Positions 12,000 to 24,828 of a DNA stretch of 64,000 bases are shown here, piece after piece. The notes below the pieces were generated by a model, which had not been told where the DNA came from, did no database searches, and saw only the letters and a program-made list of their open reading frames with translations. Origin of the DNA: Malacoraja senta (taxonomy: Eukaryota); assembly GCA_038087875.1 (NCBI GenBank), contig CM075981.1:69750001-69814000 (forward strand). Reading direction: 5' to 3'. The number at the start of each line of letters is the position of its first letter. The first letter of the stretch is position 1. Position numbers and translations under genes: made by a program.

Positions 12000-13520
12000 T
12001 TCAGCTACTGCATGGATCAGAGACAGGGAGCCAGCCACTGCCAACACACTCTTGGAAGGGGAAGAAGTAAATCCAGTTAGTATGGTCCACAGTGAATAGA
12101 ACTACATTTAGGAAGCTGTGTGGATGTATCGGGAGTTAGGCTGCACATTATAAAGCAAGATCTCGAGGATAATAATCTCAGAATTCTTGTCCAAACCATG
12201 TGTAAATTGGCAAAGATGCAGACACATCAGCAGAATTAACACAACTAACGGTCAAGTGTGGGAACGAGGGAGTTCCTCGTTATGGGTTATTGACACAGTT
12301 TCAGGGGCAGGAAGAGCTTCACAAGTGGAATGGGGTTAATCTGAACGTCCACGTCCTGCAGGAGAGGATAAGTAAAGAGATGGCAAAAAGCTTTGAGGTT
12401 TTGAAACACAAAAAAATGAGACATTTAAACATAAACAAACAGCGGCAGGAAAGAATAAAGTAAGGGAAAATTTGGCAGCAAATAGAATTAAGATGGTTTA
12501 TATTAAATGAAAGGAAATCCTATTTAAAAAATAAGTTAAACTATCTTTAAGCCATGTTCAAACTCTTAAATAATGCCAAGAAGTTGGATGCAATCATGCA
12601 TTGGGAGGAACCAAGACACAAGAAAGATTACTGAGGCACAGTGGAAAAATCAGGACCAGGAATAAAATGCTGCAGCGTGTAACATAATTAGAAATGAGAG
12701 GTGAAAAGGGAAGGTGGAATAATAATATTTGATAGATACAACATAATGCAATGGAAAGATGTGACACTATTATTATTACAAGGACACAAATAGTAAGGAC
12801 AGTACCGGAAATATCTCACATATACTGTAAGTGTGGTCTCCACCTAACAATGAAAAGAAGCGAGGGAAGAATTATCCAGGCAAATTAAGGAAATATTGGC
12901 ATAAAAATATGGGCAATTTTAGTTACCCTGATTTTAATTGTATGCAGAAAGTAGGAAAAAGGTGTAAGAGAGTGGTGTACATAAAATACAGCACTCCTTT
13001 CTACACCAACCTTATTTTAAAAAGTCTAAAGATCTGTTATTGGATGTAGTTATGGGGTGAACCAGAGTAGATAGGCACAAGAGGGGGAACATTGTGCAAG
13101 AATGACCATAACATATTTTATTTTAAGATAATGAAGAATACAGAAAACTAATTTTGGGAGACTAAAAATATTTTTAAAGATAAAATGGAGAGCAATATTC
13201 AGCAAGTAAACAGATGACGGAAAGCATGATAGTAATTAGGAAGTTAAAAGGGAACTATGAAATACAATTTTTAAAGAACATAAAAGAGTAAAAATATCTT
13301 ACAGACACAGGGATGGCCTACTCCAAATGCGGTCTAACTGAAATCTTATTTGTAGCTCTTTAAAAATTTGGTTAGGCCGCATTTGGAGTACGAGGACATT
13401 TCTGGTAGGCACATTATAGAAGCTTTGGAGAGAGTGTAGAGGAGGTTTACTAGAATGTTGCCTGGATTAGAGGGTTTCAGCTGCAGAGAGAGAGAGTTCG
13501 GATAAACTTGGATGCTGGAG
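12000..13520 (+). mobile_element. Very old degraded CR1 LINE (ORF1, endonuclease and RT remnants)
   Basis: A-rich sense strand; remnants of GDFNYPD.NW (~12910) and LVRPHLEY (~13370). Confidence 0.5.
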
Positions 13521-14023
13521 TTATCAGCTATCTTCGGTGTAAACCAGGCATCTGCAGTTCCTTACACAAACCTAACCCACGCAGTCTCTCCTCATACAGG
13601 ATTAGTATAAGGACAATGATGGGGAGACATCAAGAACATTAAATCATCAATTCAGTTGTTGAATATCAGATAAATAATGAGATAAATGTATTTTAAATAG
13701 AAAAAAAATGATACATTAAATTAATTCAAACTCAAAGAGGATATACACCCTGGTCTGAATTTATTGCAGTCGTGACATTTAATACATGGAGAAGCAATAA
13801 CGGGAAGAGACATCCAAATGTAGCAATGTGTTAGAAACTTTGCTGAATAGAGCCAGGGGTGGTGGTGGAAGCAGACATGAGTGTTCAAATGTCTTTGACA
13901 TAGGTTAGTGGAAGTTGCAGGGAACTGAACTTCTGGCACCTTTCCTCTTCCCCCCACTCCCCAAATTCCCTCCTCTCCCCCCACTCTCACCCCTCCGTGT
14001 CGCTGCCATGAACCCTCTCTCAC

Positions 14024-14215
14024 CTGCTTCGGGTCTGGTCCGTTTCGGCCTCGATCAGCACCACCTTGTACCTTCGGAGGACGCCGATAGCCACAGCGGC
14101 TAGCAGCAAGGCCAGAGCAAACACCGCCCCGAACACGATCGCTATCAGGCTCTGCCGGGTCACTCTGTGGTCGCACCGGGGGCCCATGTACCAATAATCA
14201 CTGCCCACGGGACAC
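14024..14215 (-). CDS. Mucin-like gene exon 8: end of EGF (CPVGSDYWYMGPRCD), TM helix (LIAIVFGAVFALALLLAAVAIGVL), RRYK stop-transfer
   Basis: ccgcag|G acceptor, AG|gtgaga donor, 192 nt; the WYxGxxC-then-TM arrangement is typical of MUC3/12/17 and IMPG2. Confidence 0.9.
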
Positions 14216-14431
14216 CTGCGGTGAAAGACGATGAGCAGCGGCTGACACCGTGATCTCAGAGACAGTCCGTTTCACAAAGCACTATCATCGTGCCTTTTAA
14301 TGAGACATTGTAGCCCCACAGGACAACCTTCCCCCACTAAACTACTAAAGGCTCTTCAAACCCTTGCCCCATTCCCAGCTAAAGTTCCCATCCAGTCTAC
14401 CACCCCTGTTGCCTTTACATACCCCTAGTTA

Positions 14432-14845
14432 CCCTCTCCCCTGACTCTTAATCTGAAGAAGGGTCTCGACCCGAAACATCACCTATTCCTTTTCTCCAAC
14501 AGCTCCTCATATTTCGCTTGGGCAGCTTACAACCCAGTGGTACGAATATTGATGTCTAATTTCGAGTAACCCTTGCATTTCCTCACTCTCCATCCCTCCC
14601 CTCCCGAATCGTCCTGCTAATTTTACTGTTCATATCCCCTCGTTATTATCTCCAATGGACCAGTGTGGGCTCTTTGGCCATCGGTGCCGGCACTGATCAG
14701 TTCTGTACTTTTTCATACCTCCAGCTTTCCCTCTCCCCTGACTCTCAGTCTGAAGAAGGGTCTCGACCCGAAATGTCACCTATTCCTTTTTCCAGAGATG
14801 CTGCCTGACCCGCTGAGTTACTCCAGCATTTTATGTCTATCTTCG
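14432..14845 (+). mobile_element. Penelope 3'-end unit flanked by two direct-repeat hammerhead motifs (pseudo-LTR arrangement)
   Basis: ccctctcccctgactct..tctgaagaagggtctcgacccgaaa..tcacctattcctttt at ~14432 and ~14729; the internal part matches the 3' end of the PLEs at 360-1900 and 21950-22890. Confidence 0.8.
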
Positions 14846-15521
14846 CCTTTTCAGACAAACTTTCGGAAGACAGACGTCCACGCACAAAAAGCACCCGCAG
14901 TCCTCTCACACCCCAGTTCTGGTCTCTGTCTATTATTTCATGTTGATTGCCTCTTGCTATTCATTTAATGGGCCCTGGGTAAGGCCATGAGGTAACATCT
15001 CCCTGCCTGCTGCAATGCCAGGAGTAGGGACTTGGCCCCAGCAATAAAAAAGGAATGGAGATTTCAAAGTAAAGATGGTGCATCTTGGGGAGTTGGGGAA
15101 GCTGCAACTCCAATGCCCTACTGCTTTTTTTCTTCCGGGCGGTGGGGACTAGGTGCAAGGACAGAACTGTTGAGGTAGCCTTGCTGAGTTGCTGCAGATG
15201 ATGTGGTGGTAGTGAATGCTGGTGGTGGTGGATGTGGGGCCAGTAGCAGAGGTTACATTGACCAGGATGATATTGACCTCCTTGAGAGTTTTCACTTATC
15301 TTCCCTTCACACCAAGTGCTGGAGTAACTCAACGGGTCAGGCGGCATCTCTGGACAACATGGACAGTCCCAGACCTGAAACGTCATCTGCCTATGTTCTC
15401 CAAGGATGCTGCCAGGCCCACTGAGTGACTCCAGCACTTTGTGAGTTTTTCTTTTTGTAAACTAGCACCTGCAGTTTCCTGATTCTACATTCCTCCCTTC
15501 ACACCCCTTTTAGACATTAAA

Positions 15522-15806
15522 CTTTTCAGACATTAGAGATATAGCGTGGGAACAGACTCTTCAGCCCAGCGATCACTCCGTACACGAGCACCATCCTACA
15601 CACTAGGGACAATTATGTTTTGTTTACCAAAGCCAATTAACCTGCATGTCTTTAGAATGTGGGAGGAAAATGGAGCACATGGAAAAAACCCACATGGTTA
15701 CAGGAAGAACGTACAAACTCCGTACAGACAGCACCCGTAGTTAGAATTGAACCCGGGTCTCTGGCGCTGTAAGGCAGCAACTCTACCGCTGCGCCACCGT
15801 GCCACC
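15522..15806 (-). mobile_element. tRNA-derived V-SINE (HE1-like)
   Basis: Minus strand starts GGTGGCACGGTGGCGCAGCGGTAGAG (A box) ... GGGTTCAATTC (B box), followed by the V-domain-like core. Confidence 0.8.
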
Positions 15807-16614
15807 TCTTCCTCATGCTTTGGAGTGAAGCAAAGAGTTGCAGAGAGATAGACCACGTTAAGGGGCCCTTCAGCCCACCGAGTTCACACCAAATTCCAAC
15901 CTGGACAGGACAGGTTTAGAGGGATATGGGCCAAAAGCAGGCAGGTGGGGCTTGTGTAGATGGGCCATGTTGGTCCACAGTGTATGATTCTATATACACC
16001 CATTTCCATGAATCCTACTTTAATCCATTTTATTCTCGCAAATTTCTCTCAGTTCCCTCCCAGATTCTGCCACTCACGCACACAGGCACAATTTATGGTG
16101 GCCAATTAATCTACTAATCATGTTGTTGGGATTAGTGAGGAGGCCCACACGATCACAGGAGAACAGATGGCACGTGGCCTGGGTTGCTGGAGCTGTCAGG
16201 CAGCAGCTCTACCTGCTGGACTGTTTATTGTACGTCCCTGGTGTTAGGAGATACATCACTAGCTGCAGATTGTACGCAGTATCATAGCAAAGGAGTAATT
16301 AACATTCCTAAAAGATTGGTGAAATTTAGGGAACTAATGTCAGATTCATCCTCCATAACCATGCAATCTGCACCCCATGTTTCTAAACACAGCGCTTTGG
16401 GGAGTGTTGTAGAGCAGGGAACTAAGAGAGCAGGTACATACTTCCTTGAAAGTGGCACCACAGTTAGACAGGGTAGTCAAGAAGGCCTTCATCTGTCAGG
16501 GTATTGAGTATACAAGTTGGGATGTATGTGCAGTTGTACAGGATATTGAGGAAGAAGAATAAAACTGGACACTATGGCAGAAGTCTCTGGGATCTGTTAG
16601 CGCAATTTAAATGA

Positions 16615-16878
16615 TGCAACTGCTGTGTTGCTATGAGTGCTGTCAGTATAGTGTTTGTACGTTCTCCCCATTGACCTGCGTGGGTTTTCTCCGGGATCTC
16701 CGGTTTCCTCCAACATTACAAAGATGTACAGGTTTGTAAGCTAATTGGACAGTAAAAAATGGTAAATTGTCCCTAGTGTGTAAAGGATAGTATTAATGTG
16801 TGGGGATCGCTGGTCGGCACGGACTCAGTGGGCCGAAGGGCCTGTTTCCACCCAGTATCTCTAAACTAAACTAAACTA
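16615..16878 (+). mobile_element. V-SINE (HE1-like), 5' degraded
   Basis: gacctgcgtgggttttctccgg..tccggtttcctc core; (ctaaa)n tail. Confidence 0.78.
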
Positions 16879-17120
16879 TACTGCTGTGGTGGGATTTGCT
16901 CTCAAGTCTTTGGATTTGGTATTTACAGGGGGTTTACTTGATGCAGGGTCTTAGAGTAACATCTCGTCTGGATGGAACATCTCCCTCCAACACTTCACCA
17001 CTCTTGCTATGGTCATTTGTCAGTTGGACAGCAGCTGGCTTCAAAGGGTTCTCCGTCTACACTGAAGATGATAGACACTGAGCAACCTGCCCCGAGCACG
17101 GGGAACGCCACGTCACTTAC

Positions 17121-17283
17121 TGGCAGATTGGCCCCTGGCCCCGGCTGTGAGTGCAGATGCCGCTATTCTTGCAGTAGGCAGTGTGGCAGAGGGAGGTACA
17201 GCTCACGTTCCCCGACTTTCTATATACGCACTGGAACCCGTTCTGGCAGAAAAGCACCTCACCACACAAAGCAATTCGCTTTT
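17121..17283 (-). CDS. Mucin-like gene exon 7: EGF-like modules (CGEVLFCQNGFQCVYRKSGNVSCTSLCHTAYCKNSGICTHSRGQGPIC)
   Basis: (ct)n-acag|AA acceptor, CA|gtaagt donor, 163 nt, EGF cysteine spacing. Confidence 0.9.
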
Positions 17284-17344
17284 CTGTAGAGAGAGAGAGA
17301 GAGAGAAAGAGAGAGAAATGTATAAGACAACGTGATTGATACAC

Positions 17345-17765
17345 ATGTGTAGGAAGGAAGTGCAGATGCTGGTTTACACCGAAGATAGGCACAAAAAGCT
17401 GGTGTAACATAGCGGGTCAGGCAGCATATCTGGAGAAACGGAATAGGTGATGTTTTGGGTCGAGACCCTTCTTCGGAGTGAGAGTTGGGGAGAGGGAAAG
17501 GAGAGGTAGGAAAAGGTACAGAACAGATCAGAGCTGGCACTGATGGCCAACGAGCCCACAATGCTCCATTGTTGGCTGTGGAGGAGGTGGTAACGAGGGG
17601 ATACGAACAGTGAAACTAGAAGGCCGACTAGGGTGGGGAGGGATGGTGAGAGAGGGGTTTTGCTTGAAATTAACGAAATCAATATTCGTACTGCTGGGTT
17701 GTAAGCTGCCCAAGCAAAATATGAGGTGCTGTTCCTCCCATTTACTTGTGGCCTCACTTTGACAC
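17345..17765 (-). mobile_element. Penelope-like element 3' fragment with terminal hammerhead motif
   Basis: Encodes EEQHLIFCLGSLQP...NIDF (PLE C-terminus) followed by the same terminal repeat. Confidence 0.8.
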
Positions 17766-18764
17766 TCAACCACAATTCTAATAGTTTCAATTGACTCTTA
17801 GAATTGTGGCTATAGACTCCACTTCCTTATTAGGATGTAATCCCTGATCCATTGCTGGGTTGCCCTACCCCTAATATAAAGTAACCATCCACTGAGAACC
17901 CCACACCAAGTTGCCACATGAAACGTTGAAAGCTTGTAATCAGATCTGAATGGGGCAGAGCTGTGCAGTACTAATGGGTATAGAGTTTCTGAGAAAATTA
18001 CCATAAATCAAACCATGCAGAAAATAACAACTCCACACAACTGTCATGTACTCCTATCTTAAGTTTGCCTCACTCTGTTATTCCATTAACGTCCTTCTAA
18101 TTTTTTTTGCACACTTTGTATTGCACTGCAGTCTTGCACCATTCTGCTAATTTGCACCTGCCAATGTATTTATTGTTGCATCTATCATAGTCATAGCTTG
18201 GAAACAGGCCCTTCGGCCCAACTTGCCCACACCGGCCAACATGTCCCATCTACACTAGTCCCACCTGCCTGCGTTTGTCCCTCTAAACTTATCCTATCCA
18301 CGTACCTGCCTAAATGTTTCTTAAACGATGTTACTCTGTCGGCTTCATGTGATCAAAGAATTTCATTGCACCCTATTGTATATGATGATAATTATTCTGA
18401 ATTTGAACCATTACTGAGATAATCTCCTTCTCCTCAAGTGTAACGGAAATAACCTCAAACCACTTGTTCCAAACCAGACCCATGAAGAAAAGGGGTCACC
18501 CCCTAGTCCTCTCTACGCAACAGGGGAGATGACAGTAGAATGGTCTGGGCTGAAGAAGGGTCTCGACCCAAAACATCACCTATTCCTTTTTTCCAGAGAC
18601 ACTGCCTGACACACTGAGTTACTTCAACATTTTGTGTCTATCACGGGAGATGACCAGGGCCTTATGCAGCTGGAGATGAGGGGAATCATCCTCTTTCCTC
18701 CATGATCAGAATAGTACTCAGAGAGGGTAGGATACTATATGTTCGGTAGTTTGGTGCGGGCTAC

Positions 18765-18928
18765 CTGTCACATACACCGTCACCACTTGAGCGCCACCGA
18801 TCTCGAAGCCAGCGGCAATGACAAGGCGCAGGCCACTAACATTGAAGATCAGGTTGGGCTCCAGCAAAAACCATTGCATTTCCTTCAAGGTGAAGATGGC
18901 GTCAAACTCAATCTGCACACGGCCCACA
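18765..18928 (-). CDS. Mucin-like gene exon 6: SEA domain C-terminal part (VGRVQIEFDAIFTLKEMQW...VVTVYVT)
   Basis: ccatccacag|T acceptor (phase 2), G|gtagcc donor (phase 1), 164 nt. Confidence 0.82.
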
Positions 18929-19736
18929 CTGTGGATGGAGAATGGTGAAATTAATATCATGATAGCAACAATACCAGAACTTATTAACAGAGACCTGGTA
19001 ACCAGACAGAGTGCACACAATTTCTGACCTGACACACACATAGAGAGCAATGAGACATCTAGAGGGTATCGACTGAAAACAAACATTAATCTGTTATGCA
19101 AACCAGCCTTCCCCCCATTGACCCCATCTTCACCACACTGCTCCAAGAAACCAATCAACATGATCAGTAGAAGGGTTTCGACCCGAAACGTCGCCTATTT
19201 CCTTCGCTCCATAGATGCTGCCTCACCCGCTGAGTTTCTCCAGCATTTTTGTCTACCAACATAATCAAGGACCACTCACACCCCAGTCATTCTCTCTTCT
19301 CCTCTCTCCCGTCGATCGGAAGATAGAAAACCCTGAAGGCACGCACCACCAGACTCACAAATAGCTACTTCCTCACTGTTATCAGACTCTTCAACTGATC
19401 TCTCAACTGTTGAATTTCCATTCTTTCACCGCGGCCCTTACACTTTTCTTTATCTGCACTTTCTCTGTAGCTGTACACAATATTCTGTATTTTCTTTCCT
19501 TCCTCTTTTTGTACTACCTCTTGTTCTCATGTATGGTATAGTTCTGCCCGCCCTGGCATGCAAGAACAACATTTTCACTGTATGTCAGTGTACATGACAC
19601 TAATAACCAATACTAATATCAATTATACAGCAAGTGTCTACACACTTTACCAGGACATGAAGATTGTCCATGGGAATGAAGATACATGTTAACCAAACAC
19701 AGAAATATTCCTGGACATTGATCAGCCTACACAGAG

Positions 19737-19878
19737 NNNNNNNNNNNNNNNNNNNNNNNNNNNNNNNNNNNNNNNNNNNNNNNNNNNNNNNNNNNNNNNN
19801 NNNNNNNNNNNNNNNNNNNNNNNNNNNNNNNNNNNNNNNNNNNNNNNNNNNNNNNNNNNNNNNNNNNNNNNNNNNNNN
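19737..19878. other. Assembly gap (142 N)
   Basis: Run of n. Confidence 1.
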
Positions 19879-20414
19879 GAATAAACTAGGTGAGAGGCTG
19901 AAGAATGGTCCCAACCCAAAATGTCACCCATCGTTTTTCTCCAGAGATGTTGCCTGACCCACTGAGTTACTCCAGCACTTTGTGTCTAACTGGGTGCAAG
20001 CACAGAGAAGGCACCCAGAGATATGAACCAGACATAAGCAAGGCATTATCCAGTAACACATAGCATCTAAATACATTAACCACACACCGAGATCATACTG
20101 GGTCATTGACACGGTAGACTTTAACCAGGAACACAGAATATTTACATTCGGAGACAGTAAGCAGAGAATCTACAGACTGAGACGTTAACCAGAGACACCC
20201 AGAGCACAAATAAGCAGAATATCTGGTGGTATAATGAGTACACACAGGTATTAAACAAGGTAATGTAAATCAGACACACAGCGGATGTACCCAGGCATTA
20301 ACCAGGCACACATCCACCACCCACAGACAACAGGCAAGACATGGAGCATCTGCATCCTTAAACAGATATGGAAAGGACCCAGGCACATATGCAGTCATTA
20401 ACAAATCAAACTCA

Positions 20415-20814
20415 NNNNNNNNNNNNNNNNNNNNNNNNNNNNNNNNNNNNNNNNNNNNNNNNNNNNNNNNNNNNNNNNNNNNNNNNNNNNNNNNNNNNNN
20501 NNNNNNNNNNNNNNNNNNNNNNNNNNNNNNNNNNNNNNNNNNNNNNNNNNNNNNNNNNNNNNNNNNNNNNNNNNNNNNNNNNNNNNNNNNNNNNNNNNNN
20601 NNNNNNNNNNNNNNNNNNNNNNNNNNNNNNNNNNNNNNNNNNNNNNNNNNNNNNNNNNNNNNNNNNNNNNNNNNNNNNNNNNNNNNNNNNNNNNNNNNNN
20701 NNNNNNNNNNNNNNNNNNNNNNNNNNNNNNNNNNNNNNNNNNNNNNNNNNNNNNNNNNNNNNNNNNNNNNNNNNNNNNNNNNNNNNNNNNNNNNNNNNNN
20801 NNNNNNNNNNNNNN
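20415..20814. other. Assembly gap (400 N)
   Basis: Run of n. Confidence 1.
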
Positions 20815-21959
20815 GAGCATCCACGGACATCATCTGGTCACAGAGAGTGTTCAGTGATATTAACCAGGCACGGTGTGGCCACAGAAATGAACCAAACATG
20901 TAAGTCACACAACAAGCATGTAAATCCATTAACCAGACACTGACTGACATTCACTGACATTAAACAGATGCACCAGGGGTGTCCACAGATGCCAACCTGA
21001 TAGAAAGAATCTCCACAGATATTAACCCCAAACATAGAGGTTTCACCAACATTAACCAGACCATCAAAGGGTAAACGCTGAGATACTAACCACGTACACA
21101 GAAACACATTCACGAGGCAGACGCAATGTGCCAGCAGACCTTACCAGACACAAACAGAGACCTCAGAGAACAGCAGGCAGGCAGAGACCATCTGCAGACA
21201 TTCACCAGATGGTGGGTGTCCACAGACATTAATGAAACAGAGAGAGCAGTCAAACACATTATTGAAGCTTGTAGAACATCCACATGCATTAAGACAGAGC
21301 AAGTCCTCAGACATGAAGCACACACAACAAGTATTAACCATGGACATGGATGTTAATCAGATACAGAGAGCATCCAGAGATGGTAACTAAACACACAACT
21401 TGTCCAAATTAACCACATACGGCATCTAGCAACATTAACTGGGTGTCCATAGACATGAACCAGACACACACACACTGTCCACAGACATTAACCAGACACA
21501 CACCGTATCCACCGACACTAACCAGACACACACTGACTGTCCAGACATTAACCAGACATTAACCAGACACATACACTGTTTCCACAGACATTAACCAGAC
21601 ATTAACCAGACATTAACCACACACTGAGAGTCCACAGACGTTAACCAGACACACACCATGTCCATAGACATGCAGCATCCACAGATGTTTATCTGACATA
21701 TTTACAGAGCATCCTCAGAGATTAATAAAATAGAAATAATCCAAAGATATTAACCAGATGGACAATCAGTGCAAACACAGACACATAAGTCACAATGACA
21801 GTGCTCATGGACATTAACCTGACACACAAAGCATACGGCATGAATGGCTGACATTCCACCCTTCACTCAAAGCTGTTGTCATTGTTATCACTGAGTTTCC
21901 TGACATTATAGGGGTCACTAAAAACCTGACTGAACAAGCTAGAACACCATTGCTACTGT

Positions 21960-22890
21960 AGATGCTGCTTCCGAGATGTCCCCATTCTTTTGGGGAAACT
22001 TATGGTTCCCCTCCTTCTATCATGGATGGGTCCCTCACACGTGTCTCTGTGTCCTGTAGTTCTGCCCTCACCCCTCCTCTCCCCCGACGCAACAAGGACA
22101 GAGTTCCCCTGGTCCTCGCCTATCGCCCAACCATCCTCTGCATCCAACACGTCAACCTACAACGTGATCCCACCTCCACCCCTTTATACCTACTGCAGAG
22201 ACCACTCCCACCGCAACTCCTTGATTCACTCATCCTTTCCCACGCAAACCACCCCCTCCCCAGGTACTTTACCCTGCAACAGCAGTAGATGCAACACCTA
22301 TCCTTATACCTCCTCCCTCGACTCCATCCAGGGACCCCGACAGTTCTTCCAGCTGAGACAGAGGTTCACGTGCACCTCCTCTAACCTCGTCTACTGCATC
22401 TGGTGATCCCGATGTGGGCTCCGGTACATTGGCGAGACAAATTATAGACTCGGCAACTATTTCGCTGAACACCAACTTAAGCTTGGACTGCCAAGGCCGA
22501 CTGGATCTCCCGGTTGCCAACCATTTAAACTCCTCTTCCCATTGCCATGCTGACCATACTGTCCTGGGCCACCCATCGCCAGAGTGAGGCCACACGCCAA
22601 TTGGAGGAACAGCACCTCATATTTCGCTTGGACAGCTTGCAACCCAGCGGCATGAACGTGGAATTCTCTAATTTTAAGTAACTTCTACAAACACTCCCCT
22701 TGCTCCCTTTCCTCCACTAAAAGGCATTAACCAGTCCACAGTTCCACAGTTCCTGGTCTTTGCTGGCTTCCAGTCCCCCTCCCCCTCCTACAATCAGTCT
22801 GATGAAGGGTCCCGATCCGTAACATCACCCATCCATCTCTCCAGAGATGCTGCCTGACCCGCTGAGTTACCCCAGCATTTTGTGTCTATC
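21960..22890 (+). mobile_element. Penelope-like element fragment (GIY-YIG region and 3' terminus)
   Basis: QRFTCTSSNLVYCIW*SRCGLRYIGET (GIY-YIG-like); ends in CTGATGA-agggtcccgatcc hammerhead remnant at 22799. Confidence 0.85.
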
Positions 22891-22999
22891 ATTGCTACTA
22901 TAGTTGGTCAGAGGCAAGACCATCCTATGCAAGTCTCTTACTTCCTGACCCTCCAAAGCTTCTTCACAAGACAGAAGTGTTGGGATACTCTCCACTTGC

Positions 23000-23700
23000 C
23001 TGAATTGTCCCACAATTGCAGCAAATTGTGAACGCAGCCCAGGCCATCACACAAACCAACTTCCCTTCTATATTGATTCCATTTATACCTCCCGCTGCCT
23101 CGGCAAGGCCAGCAGCATAACCAAGGACGAGTCGCACCCTGACCACTCCTTCTTCTCCCCTCTCCCATCAGGTAAAAGGTATAGAAGTGAGTAGCAGCCT
23201 GGACGAGGTCAGGAAAAGGCCAGATGTCAGGCAGGTTCAAACAGTAGTTTTTAATGACACAGCGAGAACACACACACCCCCGAGAGGGACCTCAGGAAAC
23301 CCCGTGGCAGACCAACGCCCCTGTCCCTCAATAGCCGAGGGGGATGACCCAAGGAGTGGCCTAACCCCCAGGGACTGCCACAAGTGTGAAAATGCTCACC
23401 ACCAGATTCAGGGACAATTTCTTCCCAGCTGTTATCAGGCAACTGAATCATCCTACCACAACTAGAGAGCAGTGCTGAACTACTATCTACCTGTTTGATG
23501 TCACTCAGACTAACTTTGACCGGACTTTGCTGGCTTCACCTTGCACTAAACGTTATTCCCTTATCATGTATCTGTACACTGTAAAATGATTGATTGTAAT
23601 CATGTATTGTCTTTCTGTTGACTGGTTAGCATGCAACAACAAAACTTTTCACTGTACCTCGGTACACGTGACAATAAATTAAACCGAACAACTGAACTGA
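23000..23700 (+). mobile_element. Rex1/Babar-type LINE 3' end fragment
   Basis: ccatcacacaaaccaacttccct...cttctcccctctcccatcagg...accaccagattcaggga; shared 3' tail ctgtacctcggtacacgtgacaataaa. Confidence 0.65.
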
Positions 23701-24828
23701 ACTCTCGACTCACTACTACCATTGGGAAGAAGTACAGGAGCTTGAAAATCATGACCTCCAGGTTCAAGAATAGCTTCTTCCTAGCACCTATCAGACTGTT
23801 GAATATTGCACAACACTAACCATTGCCTCAGCAACTATGATCTTCTATCAACTCTATTTTGGTTGCACTATGGACTTCGGTATTACTGATTAGTAATTTA
23901 TTGCATTATTGATTATTGTATATTTATTTGTACATTATGATGTTAATGGGCCTTGTTAAGCTGCAGCAAGTAAGAATTTTCAATGTCTTGTTGGCGGTAT
24001 ATATGACTATTAAACGCTCTTGACTTGATGTGTACAGCTTCAACAATTCTCAAGCAGCAGGACAAAGGAGCCCATTCCATCCACCTTCCTTCCCTCCACC
24101 CACACAGTAGTGGCACCGTCTACAAAATGCACCAGAGGCACTAAAGTAGGCTACTCCAAGAGCATCTTCCAAACCTGCAATGTCTACACAGGGCAGCTGG
24201 TGCAGAGGGACACCACCACCTCCAGGTTCCCCCACACCATGCCGGCCTGGAACGATAGCACCAATCGATCATTGTCACCAGGTCCAAATCTTGGAATATC
24301 TACCCAACAAAACCACCAGACAGACTGCAGCAGTTCAAGAAGGTCAGCTCACCAACACCTTCGTGAGGGCAATTGGGGATGGGTCATGAATGCTTGCCTT
24401 GTCAGTGAGGTGCACATCCTAAACAAGGAAGCGACTAGGACATGTACATACACACAGAGATTCCACAGACACCCATATGATTTATCATAAGACATACACG
24501 GGTCAGACACACAGAAAATGTGCAGGGAGGAACCAGACTCACACACAGAGCATACACAGAAATGACACAGACATTCGTGGAGCCTTGACCAAAATTAACA
24601 AGAGATAGGGGGAGGAGGCATCTGCAGGTGAGAGACACATGCAGTATCACAGTATTGACACGATTCCTAAACCAGAGATTTCCGCAACACATCGCCCACC
24701 AATGGATCACAGAGCCATTTCCAGAGCATTTTTTTAGGATGGAAGAAATGGGAGATTTAAATATTACATTGGACAAAAGAATTGCTATTCAGCATGCTGA
24801 CTGAAGCGGTTTGTGAAATCGTCATCAC

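Larger units (their letters stand above)
18950..21840 (+). repeat. Degenerate intronic minisatellite, consensus about ACAGACATTAACCAGACACACAGAGCATCC, interrupted by TEs and two gaps
   Basis: Many cattaaccagacac-type copies, cleanest at 21450-21690; related remnants at ~24440-24720. Confidence 0.8.

Noticed and set aside
15740-15806. tRNA-like A and B boxes
   Set aside because: SINE heads, not complete tRNA cloverleafs
19600-20950. ORFs containing X runs
   Set aside because: Artefacts of translating across N gaps
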